Shown here: positions 12,890-24,300 of the stretch, one piece after another
Position numbering within the stretch: position 1 is the stretch's first letter
Layout: every line of letters starts with the position of its first letter
Source of the DNA: Nageia nagi
Lineage: Eukaryota > Plantae > Pinophyta
Assembly (NCBI GenBank): GCA_050084985.1
Contig: JBITNC010000001.1
Location: 161,386,001 to 161,450,000, forward strand
DNA length: 64,000 nt
Direction of reading: 5' to 3'
Position numbers and translations under genes: made by a program
The notes under the pieces: model-generated
Seen by the model: only the letters and a program-made list of their open reading frames with translations
What the model was told of the DNA's origin: nothing
The model's database searches: none

Positions 12890-14250
12890 TCTACAACAAA
12901 ATCTACGATTGCCTATCCCTTAACTAATTTCTGCTTGATAAACCTGAGATCAAATTCTTGAAGTAACTTGACCCATTTTGCTGCTCTTCCATCAAGGCAA
13001 GGCTTTGACATTAAGTACCCCAATGGATCTACCTATGTAAGCACATGTGTAGTGCTATTGATTAGGTAATGCCGCAACCTTTCAGTATCAAACACCACAC
13101 ATTGACATAACTTCTCAATAGGAGTGTATCTAGTCTCATAATCCTTCAATGTTCTGTTGATAAAATAGATAGCCCTCTCTTTACCATCTTCCTCCTTGTT
13201 AGCAAGCATTACTCCAAATGCATGCTCTATAGCTAAAACATAAAGCTAAAGGGGTTCTCCATGCCTATATGGAGCTAACACTGGCGGGTGTAACAAATAT
13301 TCTTTTATCTTATCAAATGACTCTTGACATTTATCATCCCATTTAAACTCAACATCTTTCTTAAGGAAATGAGACATAGGAGCTATCTTGTCTGTTAATT
13401 GACATATAAATCTTCTAATGGCCTATATTTTGCCTTGTAAACTCCTTAATTGCTTGAGATTTGTTGGAGGTGCCATTTCTATGATGGCCTTGATCTTTTT
13501 GGGATCCACTTCCACACCTCTCCTTGAGACAATATGTCCCAAGAGTTTTCCTGATGACACACCAAATACACACTTCTATGGCTTAACTCTTAACTTGTAC
13601 TATCTCATACTCTCAAATGCTACTTTCAAATCTTGAACATGATCTTCTTTGTTCTTGGATTTTATCAAAATGTCATCAACATATACCTCAACTATCTTAT
13701 GAATGAAATCATGGAACATAGCTGTCATGGCTCTTTGGTATGTAGCTCCCGCATTCTTGAGACCAAATGGCATTACCTTATAGCAAAAGTTGCCCCAAGG
13801 TGTTCTAAAAGCTATTTTATGTTGATCACTCTCTTTGATTTTGATCTGATTATATCCTGAAAAGCCATCCATAAATGACAACATCTCATATCCTGCTAAA
13901 CTGTCAATGATCATATCTATGTTAGGTAATGGAAAATCGTCTTTTGGACAAGCCTTGTTGAGATTCCTAAAATTAGTACACACTCTAATTTCACCGGTAG
14001 GCTTCTTAAATGGAACTATATTAGCCATCCATTCTGAGTAGTTTATGGATCTTATGAATCCAACTTCTAGCAATTTCTCTATTTCCTTCTTCACGAGCAA
14101 TGAAACTTGAAAAGGCATTTTTCATGGCTTTTGTTTTACTAGCATTGCCCCTTTTTTGAATACCAGGTTATGAACCACAAAATTCTCATCTAACCCTGGC
14201 ATATCTTTATAAGACAATGCAAATAGCTTAGAATAATTATGAAAAGATTG
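12890..14250 (-). pseudogene. Tat reverse transcriptase and canonical RNase H (disrupted)
   Basis: ORF 13600-14118 contains LNKACPKDDFPLPNID, MDGFSGYNQI, VMPFGLKNAGATYQR and YVDDILI; downstream GKLLGHIVS, ETRYTPIEKLC and WVKLLQEFDL. Confidence 0.93.
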
Positions 14251-14968
14251 AACTAATTCATTCTACAATGGTGCTTCAAGAAGCTTACCTATTTTTAATA
14301 TTTGCAGTATCTCTTGGGAGCTAATATTAACTTCTTCAATTTCTTCATTCAACTAGGTAACCTCAACTTCTGATGGCAAAGGGAATGGTAACTCTCCCAA
14401 TCCTTCAATCTTGTCATCTCTGGATTCCTCAAAACAAGCATGTATATCTGGACAATGCATTTGACTTCTCTTTTCATGCCTTATTAGGTATTCTGCTCTA
14501 GTGCCTAATGTTTCTAAAAAGACATCATCATTCTGAAATAGATCTATAGTGTGTATAGCATCTTCCTCATCAATCTCAATCAATTACATAACAATTGCTT
14601 ACCCATTCATCGATCTGCATTGTTTTTGAAATTCTATCCTGATAAATGTGATCACCACCTTGATACAGAATTATACTCGACTAATTTTTCTCCGTTTCTT
14701 CCCCAAAAGAAGATCGCCAGTGGTCTTCTATCATTGAAAAGAAGTGCGGGTGTTCTTCTTCCTAACCTTGCTATTATTCATTGAAGTTTTCATCTAAACT
14801 AATTTCATTGATGTTCATGATAACGTATGAACCAATCCTGATATCTATCACATTAATTTTATCCAATGCTTTCCTATAAATCCTATCATTCCTAGCTAGA
14901 AGGGTTTTATCTTCCACATCACATGGGACAAATCTCTCCGGGAGGACAAAGTTACACTGCTTGGCCAT

Positions 14969-15360
14969 CTATTCATCTACCTCAACCTTATAGACATTTT
15001 TCTCAAAATAGAATTTAAAACACCTATGTAACGTTGATGCCACTCCATCCATATCATTTATCCAAGGTCTTCCAAAAATTAAGTTGAATGAAGGCTTTCC
15101 TTCTGTGATATAAAATAGAGTGTCAAGCACTTTATTACCAACCTTGATTGGTAATGTGATAATTCCTACAAATCTTCTTGGTATGCCGTCAAATCCCTTG
15201 ACTCTCATGGTAGTTTCTTCTCTTGGAGGTAGCACATCTGGATCAAATTGCTCCAACAAATGAGTGGTAACAATATTCAGGGCTGCCCCACCATCTATTA
15301 ATAACCTTTTAATTGTTATTCCAAAGGCATCCACCTCAATGAACAAAGGTGGATGAAGCT
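14969..15360 (-). pseudogene. Tat aspartic protease
   Basis: LLIDGGAALNIV active-site motif, SFNLIFGRPWI, VASTLHRCFKF. Confidence 0.88.
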
Positions 15361-15379
15361 TAGTGACGTCCTTACTAGG

Positions 15380-16830
15380 CTTCTCGCTAGGGTAAAATGC
15401 AATAACTTCCCCTTTACCCCAAATCTCTACCTTTTTCGCAAAAGTAGCAATAGGAATATTTCGATCTATTTGACTATTCTTGAAAACCTAATTCATCATC
15501 TCCCTATGAGGTGCTGAAATCTGAAGTAACTCAAAAGACTAACCTTAGCTTATGTGCTCTTTAATTGCTCAATCAAATCAAAACCTCTAGGATCTTTTGG
15601 TAGCTCCTTCTCGCAGGTAACTGGATCAGCCATCCCTCTAGCTCTCCCTCTTGTGAGTGCTGCACAAACATCTTCATGGAAATCACATTGACATGTTGCT
15701 CTTCCTCTGCACCTTTAACCTTTACCGGACACACATAGAATCCATCTTCTATGAGCTTCTGTATTCTATTCCTAAGGCTTTCACACCCATTAGTAGCATG
15801 GCCCTTAGTCTGATGATACTCGTAATACCTATCTTCTTTATACCAAGTGGGTCTTTCTACTGTAGGATCTTCTTCACGCTTAGGTAAGGGTTGTAACAAC
15901 ACTTTCGCCATAAGGTCTTTTAGGATATATCTTAGAGGTATGGGAAATTTCACAAATTTCCTCTCTTTTGGCTCACTTGTCTTCTTAGCCACATGGATAG
16001 TTTTCTCCTTCTTTGGTGATTGTAATCTCTTATCCTTTGCTTTAGTCTTATCATCACTGCCATATTTCACAAGCCCTAGCTTCACAAGGACTTTCTGTTT
16101 CTCTAACAATTTATATGTCATATCCGAAAATGCAAGATGTGTATAATCGATAACATGTGATTGCAAGGATAAGATAACAACTTATTTAAAAATATTATTT
16201 ACTTCTTTTTCTATCAATCTGGTCTTCACTTGCTGCCATGTCTTCTTAAACCTCATAACAAATTTGTCCAGCTTCTCATCATTACCTTGCTTTATAGCGC
16301 ATAAATCTGATACCATAACCTCTTGCTTGATGTTATGCTTGTATTGCTTAAGGAATAAACTACTGAATTCTCCAAATGATGTGATGGACCCTTCAGGTAG
16401 GGCATAAAACCATTCTCGAGCGTCTCCCTCCAAGCTATGGGGAAAGAATTTGGCTTGTAATCTTTGATCTGTACCAATTTTGAGTTCGCACTCATCCTTG
16501 AATCCTTGTAGATGTCTCCTTGGATCTCCTTCACCATTGAACTTGTAGAATTTTGGCTCTTTATAGTCAAATGGTGGCATGTGCCTATGAATCTCATCGC
16601 ATAGGGGACTACCAAATTCAAAAGAATCATTAGGCGGAGTTGATCCCCTTGCCAATCTATTGATTTGCCTTTGCATACCCTCTATAGTAGCTTGAAAGTT
16701 ACTATTATCACCCTTAGCACTATTTCACATTCCTCTGGACCCCTCTGGACCATCATGTCTGATTTCCCCCAATAATTCATCCAGATCTCTTCTTGAAAGA
16801 CTACGCAGGAATAATTTAAGCTGATCCATA
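15380..16830 (-). pseudogene. Tat gag (disrupted by stops and frameshifts)
   Basis: KFNGEGDPRRHL, FFPHSLEGDAREWF, IKQGNDEKLDKFVMRF, degenerate zinc knuckle YEYHQTKGHATNGC; ORFs 16182-16676 and 15573-16166. Confidence 0.85.
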
Positions 16831-16900
16831 ACTAAAACACTCACAAAATAGATATTAGTCCTAACTAAAACCCTTAGGGTTTTAGTACAATGATGTGAAC

Positions 16901-16918
16901 TTCACATCGGGTTCACCA
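16901..16918 (-). promoter_or_regulatory. Primer binding site complementary to the 3' end of tRNA-Trp
   Basis: Minus strand TGGTGAACCCGATGTGAA, 2 nt from the LTR. It matches 17 of 18 nt of the complement of the plant tRNA-Trp 3' end as I recall it (TTCACGTCGGGTTCACCA); the mismatch is at a CpG. Confidence 0.8.
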
Positions 16919-16920
16919 AA

Positions 16921-17734
16921 TGTTTACAAATAAAATTAAGCATGTAAATAAATAAGCAGGTAAATATCTACAAACCTAATATATTTATATTCGAGCTACG
17001 GATAGCAATTTATACAAAATAATGAAAGAGACAATCAATTGTAGAAATAGAACATGTATTTTAACAAATGATAAACTCGAAATTATTTGCAAAACTCTGA
17101 CTATACAATATATTAGATATATGTATGACACCACCTATCGAGATAGAAGTTATGTACCCACCTCATAGAGTGTGCTCGAAATGAAGCTGTTACCGAAGTT
17201 CTGGGATCCAACGTTGTCCACACTTGAAATCACAGAGCTAAAAAGTCACAAAAGAAGATCATGGGTGGTGTTCATCGTACTGGATAGGAACACTGGTGGT
17301 CTATATTTGTCCATAGAGAAGCATCAACGACCTTCGATAGGCTATGATCCATCTCCAATGAGTCTACACCTCCACTCAAATCTCAAGATAGTTGCAGTAT
17401 GATTATCAGATAGGTCTCTCAGTTCTTTAGAATGCTCACAAGAAGGGGATACATAAAATCCAGCTTGATAGGCGGTATCAAGAGACACCTTAGAATATGA
17501 TTGCCATTATCAAGACCATACGTGGGATCATGTGTATCCTTGATGATGGACTTATTATTAGATCCCTTATTTATATAGATAATAGATAATACAACCCATG
17601 GGTCGGCATGCATCTACATAAACAAGGTTAATTCACAACATTCAAGATAACCACACCAATAAACAAGATAATTCATGCAATAGTCCAGATAATCATTATA
17701 AAATTCACATTCAAGACAAACATTGATATTATCA
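16921..17734 (-). repeat. 5' LTR of the Tat element, missing its outer ~90 bp
   Basis: Aligns to 9230-10044 (about 59 mismatches by manual count, mostly transitions); the equivalent of 10045-10134 is absent. Confidence 0.9.
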
Positions 17735-19169
17735 AGACTATGATTCACAAATCATTTAACAAACTTTTATCCCTCTCAACATGCATTTATAAATTTCTTA
17801 GAGTTATTGTAACTTTACAAAAAAGACTATTCCTAGTACATCAGTCTAAAAATGATCAAGACTATTACAACCATTCATATTCTATAGTTATTAGTTAGTT
17901 CAACAAATAAGGGAGGTAGTTGGAAGGAATTGCTTCTCTAGCTCATTCAAGAGATCTCCTAGATTTGAAAGCAACATCCTCCTATTCCTTAGGATGATTC
18001 CTTGTTTAGTTCATTGATTGTGTTCTCTTGGTATGGTGCTACCTTTGTATTCATACATGTCAATAGGGTTGAGCTCCATAGTAGATTCCATAGTAGACAT
18101 TACAACTTAGTATGTAGCTATGCAATGTCCTTAACCTGTAGCATATCAAAATACCAAAATACATGAAAATACATGCAATCACATCCATATTGAAAAATAA
18201 ATATCATCTAAATCTATTTATATCATTATAAATAAAAGTATCATAATATGGCAAGTTTATCGGTTTCTATGTGTTATCTAAAAGTAAAATTTAATTTGGG
18301 GACTTCAAAAACATAGATAATTGACTCAAAATATCATTAAAATCCTAGACCTATCAAGAACATTTACTTAATGAGAGTCTAAGTTGACTAGTTTCCTCTA
18401 CCTTGAAATATAAGAAACTTTCTAAACTTTTGAACTAATTAAAGATTGTGGCACTAAAAGTAATTCATAATTTCATTACTAATAGATCATGATCTATTCA
18501 ATATATAAGATGAACATAACATACATGTTTTTATCAAGAAATGATATTGCAATTTTAGTTTAAGTTACTAAGGCATGAGTGTTGTTTATTTAACAAATAC
18601 AAACAAATTCAAGTTAGATTAGGAATGAAAACCTTTATCCTACAAATTATGTATACCAAAGTATAATAGTTTTGATGATAAGGACTAATTTTTATGACTT
18701 TTTCTTGTCAAAAAGAAAAATCATAATTATGATAAGAATCATAAATATTCTAGAACATCTAAAGGTATAAAAAATACACTTAGTTGATTAAAAAATTGAT
18801 CATATAGGATGTATGCTAGTTTTCAATATTAAAGCTTGACTTTGATTTAGTCAATACCAAGGTAATCATTAAATTAAACTCCTAATCATGTAAGAAATTT
18901 CATCTTCAAATTACCAATGGTTCTAGAATAGTCTAGGCAAGACCTTGGACTTTGAATAGTCCTATATGAAATAGATATAAGTGATAGAAATTTGATCTTT
19001 TGATACAGGTTCTATAGTCCAATGATGTTATAGAACTTTAAAAAAATCCTATAAACTATTATGTTTTGAAGGATTTTTAAAGAACTTCAATAATTTATGT
19101 AATCAAAGTAAATCAAAATAAATAAATGTATATATTGATAAGTTGTTGATAAGTCTTATAAACTATTGA

Positions 19170-19454
19170 TTTTTTTTGGGTTTACTCAAGAGGAAAATTA
19201 TTCTAAGAACCCATCCTATAAACTATTGAGTTTTTATTGGGTTTATTCATGAGACAAACTATTCTAGGAACTCCCTCGTGATGACAAGTAAGGTAAACTT
19301 TTAATGTCTCCTCCATCCACTTGACGACTATGGATAGAAAGTACGAGAATAGTCAAATTGTAGCTCCACTACAATATAATAAAATAATCAATGAAATTCG
19401 AACTTGGGAAATCCTAAAGATCAACCCAAACCTTAACCAATGCGTTGTCCCCTT
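19170..19454 (-). mobile_element. Putative tRNA-derived SINE
   Basis: Minus strand AAGGGGACAACGCATTGGTTAAGG (A-box-like), then CAAGTTCGAATTTC (B-box-like) about 25 nt later; ends in a duplicated ~60-bp tail and an A8 run. Confidence 0.5.
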
Positions 19455-19489
19455 GGAAACTATAAATTAGTAAGTTTAGAGGATGTTTT

Positions 19490-19870
19490 TGAAAGAAAAT
19501 ATTCATATATTAATGTAATATATTTAAATAAATAAATAATATGTTTCAATTACCTTTTTAAATATTAAAAAATTACCTTTAAAAGGCTTACTTAGATCAA
19601 AATATACTTAAGATTGATTTGTTTTAATAAATCAAGATAAATAAATATAATTAAATATAACTTTCAATATATACACAATAATTTAAATCTAAGCAATATA
19701 TATACAATATATTTATATGAAAATTTGAAATTAATTTAAAAAATAAAATTCAAATATATTTTGAATAAAAATTTAATATAAAATTAATTTAAATATAATA
19801 AACATCCATATCACTTCTCTTTTTATGATATTTAGTAAAAATTATTCTCCAACAAACAAATTCTATCTTA
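19490..19870. other. Extremely AT-rich low-complexity spacer, repeated in every unit
   Basis: Long stretches of almost pure A/T; copies at ~27835, 36350, 49960 and 60025. Confidence 0.7.
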
Positions 19871-21222
19871 AAAGAGATGATGACCATTATATTTAATTTA
19901 TCATATGATTATACTTGTTTGCCCCCATTGGCTATAAAATATAATATTGAAATGACATTGCACCATAGGTATAGTAAAATGAATGCTTGAGAATTATTTA
20001 TAACTTATTATCAATGCTTAACATGAGTAGGTCTAATATTTTAAAAATTAAAGTGTATAGGTCAATTTTTTTCATAGTTTTAGTACCTCCATATCAACTC
20101 TATATTGGAAAATTTCTTTGCATGATGTAAACCTATGTCAGTGAAACCAATTCAGCTTTAAATACATTGATGACAAACTCAATCCTTTGCAAGTGATATT
20201 CATATCGATGTGGAGATTGTGGGCTACATAACAATCCCATACTCTTCATAGACATGCCTTTGAAAAGCTAAGTATCTTAATCGAAGAGAAGAAAATCAAA
20301 TTAACATTGCATCATTTAACAATGCAACTAATATCTTTAATGGAAATAACTATGGCTGCCACCTTTATACTCTATTGCCACCTTTGTATACGGTGCAATT
20401 ATACTTTGATACTTTCATTCCCATAGAGACCTAAAAATATTTTCATTATACTATGATATTTTCATTGAACTGAACATGAAATGAGAAGCCAACAACCAAA
20501 AGCCAATGAGCAAAAATAAAATTAAGACAAAGGAGCTAATAGCATCAAGTAATTATGCTTTTTTATTAGTTTTTCGTAGAGATTCTTACTCAACATCAAA
20601 AATGATTGCTAAACTCACTTCATTCTTTTTTTTTTTCATGAAAATAATTATTTTGATCACTTGAATTATATATTCAAAGTTTTATGAACTTATTTGTACA
20701 ATACTTTTACAAGATGAATTACACAAACAATGCACGAAATTACATAAACTATGCACTAAATTATCTATTTAGTATGAATATTTGCAAAAAACATTCCTCA
20801 CTAGTTGGACCTACGTGGCTACAAGTAAAACTTTGTCCATCAGACATTTTACCAAAATTGTTACACTAAGTTATTACACTAAAAAACAACACTAAGAGAA
20901 GGATGTGACTCCTAGGCTCCTAGCTAATGGATACCTAGATCCATAAATGGCCTTGAGCATCCATGGAAGTATAGGGTACCGATGTTTAATCAATCAGGTT
21001 TACCAGAGACATAGAGGAATTATATCCTTTTTCTATCTCTATGTATTTACTTTAAAATTAGCCATTAAATTTGAAAAATCTCATTCATTTTTCATACACC
21101 TAAGCATGAAAATTGTAACAAACACTATTATAGTGAGAATAATTCTTTAAAGCAATAAAATACACACAATCAAATCTATTTTTATTACAATCAAACTATT
21201 ACATATCTGAACCCACACAATC

Positions 21223-21310
21223 GTGGCCTCACCTTCAAACTGTTGCTTCTTCTCTTTGCTTTGCTATTGGCATCTGCAAGTACAATGGCAATGTTGCCAT
21301 GGCCACCGCC
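21223..21310 (+). pseudogene. Truncated copy 1 of the GTG-start signal-peptide-like ORF
   Basis: (V)ASPSN/ALTFKLLLLLFALLLASASTMAMLPWPPP-type 5' portion matching 51838-51927, then fused to Athila sequence (TATAGTCATATTTG). Confidence 0.55.
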
Positions 21311-24300
21311 TATAGTCATATTTGATAAAGATTCTATGTGTAAAAAAGGAGAGATGAATTCCCTTCAATTTTTCATAACTTCATGCAAAGGCTAATTTAT
21401 ATCACTTTAAAAGATTCAATAGTTATTTCTCTTGAATATTATCTAAGTGTACATTGATGTTCAATTACTTCCTTGGTGCTACTACAACTTGCATGTAATT
21501 AGAAACAATATCAAGCATAAATGAGTTCTTAGAAAAATGATTAAATGAGCATATGTAGGGAAACATTTGGTGAATCACATCTAGGTCTTTAGAATTAGAG
21601 CTAGAGCACTCATTGATGGAGAATTTAGAGATGTAGGGAAGCTCTAAAGTATTACAATATTCATATTTAAATTCAAGAACTAGGAACTAATCATCACACA
21701 TTTCCTCCTCCTCAATATGTCTGATGATGGTTATCATTACTAAATATCAGGCACTTTCTTCTTCATTAGAGCTTGATCCATCAGAACTTAATCCATCAAA
21801 CTAAAAATTCAAAGGTTACTCCTCTTGATGTGGTTATAGAGAGGGATATGTGGCTATGTGAGCTAATTGTTTATCTTCAGTTACTACTACAAGAGTTGCA
21901 ATTTCCTTAGTTAGCTTTAGTGACTTATGTTGAGATATTTCAAGATTTTTTGTAACTAATTTTGTAGTTGAAGTTACCTTCCTTTTATCAGATGCATTTA
22001 TTTCAAAAAGGATCTTATCTTCTACCTCGATGATGATGGGAGAAGAAGGATCAAGTAATATTTTTCTTGATCAAAGATGGATTTCATGATAGAGTAAAAT
22101 ATTTATAAAATATGTCCCTTCAACTTCATAGACCTACTATGGAGTATATATATTATTGGGATTAGGAATTGGTTGAGCAATAAGGGGAGCTTATTTTGGT
22201 GATGCATTATTTCTAGAAGGTGAAGCTTGAAAAAGGCATTATTGTTATAGTTGTTGTGGAGCGAGACCTCTAAATTGACTCTAATTGGGTACAAATGACT
22301 ATTGAAACCACTACTAGTTTTTCCAATTTTGTTGTGGCCAAGGCTAATATTACCAATTAGGTTGGGGCCATGGAGACCACCTAGGTTGAGGTTGAGACCA
22401 CATTGGGTTAAAGGGGGAATTAAAAGGACCATAACCATCTAGGTAATACCTTATGGTAGAGTTCTAGATTAAAAATTTCAAACGATCCCCTTTGGGCAAT
22501 GAAGAAAATCTAATTGATGTCTTGAAGCTCAAGTTCCTTCAACATAATCTTGACAACAAGGAGATGGAGGCATGCTTTTTTAGTATTATCCTTTTTTTAT
22601 ATGATGTAAATCATTATCATTTCAGGGGATGTTGGTGAAGCGCATATTATTTCTTACATCTTGGGTAGTATATTCCTTCAATAGGGGCATCATTCTTTTT
22701 TTAACAAATTTTAATGAGGATGAAAATATACCCAATAATTATATCTTCATGCTATGAAACATGTTGCTCAATTCAGATTGGGTGACTCCTCTAGAAGCTA
22801 TTCCTCTGATCCTGTTACTACATAAGAGTGGCCCGCTACAAGATTAATGGACACATAACTCAAGAATTTGTCTAAAGGGAAGGTTGAAAACATCACCCTC
22901 TACCATAACATGAAGAATATCCATGGACTCTTCTCTCAACCCTTTGAGAAAAATGGTCTTCATTACATATTCAACAAGATCCAAATTTTCTCTTTGTTTA
23001 ATAAATTCAAACAACTCTATGTAGTCTTTTAGAGATTCATCCTCTTTCTAAGAAGTCCTAAACAATTCAACATTCTTTTGTTTGACCTTGTAGTAATCTT
23101 GATACTTCTCAAAGAAGATTTCCTTCGTTCCATCTATCAAAGTTCCATCCCATCTAGTTTTTGTGTTCTCTAGAAGATTCATAAACCAATGCATGGCTAC
23201 ATCCTTCAATGTAGATGGAAATAACTTAAGTTTTTAAACATATAACATGTAATCATAAGTCCTATAGAGGAATTCAAACTCAAACATGAATGCATATGGG
23301 TCCTAAGTAGCCAACCCCTAAAGTTTGGTAATACAAAGAGGGAGATATTCTTCATAGGGGTAGCAGCTTCTTATATTCTTGGGAACCAAATGGCATATTT
23401 AAATGCATTAATGGTATGTTATTTTTGAACCATGTTGTAGGCCCAAGGTATCTACCAAGTTTGTAGGTAATTACTCCTTGGAGTATATTTAAAAGTCACT
23501 TTGGATGACTCCTCAACATCTTCCTTGATACTTTTTGTAGTACCTTATTTAGCACCTTTAGGTATCTTTGAAGTAGATCTATATCCTGTAGTATGTCATG
23601 AGTGTGTAGCCACTGAAGAAATACCTTCCAAGTGCTCAGATCCTTATTTTAATGTGAGTTATATGCTCATGCTATCTAGAGGGGGTACCAACTTCTTCTT
23701 CTTTAGCTTTCAAGCTCTCTTCTTCTTGTTATCCAATATCTACTACTTCTAGATGATTGGGAATTAACTAGCCACGAATATTTCATAATCAATTCATTCA
23801 TTATTTCTCCTAGTTCTTAAATTATGCTAACTTAACTTCTACTAAATAATCAACTTCTAATTACCAAAAATAAATTAAAATCAAACTAAAGGTATGAATA
23901 CTTAGAACCTTTCTCCTATTGCATTAATCTCCACTTGAGAGCTACCTACTAGTGTAGTAGACCAGGGACCCTTCTAAGTATTTCAATCATCAATGAATTT
24001 TAGATTCTAATACTATCCTTTCTATAATCCTAAAAAATGGCACCAAAAAGTAATAAATTTCCTAATTAAATTGCAACTAGTTATTGCTAGCATTCCTTGG
24101 CGATCCTCACATCATGTCTAATGCTTAGGAAGTGATCAATTTAAAGTATAGAAAAATAATGTTCTAATTATGTATGGATTTATTTTTTTCTCATCGCTTC
24201 AAAGAAGAACCATTTTGTTATTAACTATGAGGGATTATACTTATCATTTTAAAGTCATCTAGGTCTGATTTAAATAGAGTGTACTCTATATGAGACAATA

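Larger units (their letters stand above)
9230..17734 (-). mobile_element. Nearly full-length, inactivated Tat-clade Ty3/gypsy LTR retrotransposon (Ogre/Retand-like domain order gag-PR-RT-RH-aRH-INT)
   Basis: Two direct LTRs, PBS, PPT and all pol domains on the minus strand, including an additional archaeal-type RNase H. The uninterrupted target site is present in other array units (e.g. GGGACTATTCACCC, 34410-34423). Confidence 0.93.
8767..18888 (-). repeat. 5' LTR of the Athila-like element (~1.8 kb in uninterrupted copies, e.g. ~25450-27240), split here by the Tat element into 8767-9229 and 17735-18888
   Basis: Begins next to the PBS; candidate outer end ...ACTCCTAATCA (TGATTAGGAG on minus). 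The outer boundary is inferred because no second LTR or TSD is available. Confidence 0.55.
2335..21310 (+). repeat. Tandem array unit 1 (most diverged; Tat insertion; last ~2 kb of the master unit missing)
   Basis: Colinear with 40406-~51930 apart from the Tat insertion and indels. Confidence 0.85.

Noticed and set aside
19390-19454. Functional tRNA gene
   Set aside because: A/B-box-like motifs are present but I cannot fold a cloverleaf; treated as a SINE head.
20684-21150. Recurrent short ORFs MNLFVQYF... and MALSIHGS... in several units
   Set aside because: Conservation is explained by recent duplication; AT-rich composition, no recognisable domain, and broken in some copies.
22103-22438. 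ORF MVMVLLIPP... (also 30606 and 55002)
   Set aside because: Frame fragment of the degenerate Athila gag-protease linker, not an independent gene.
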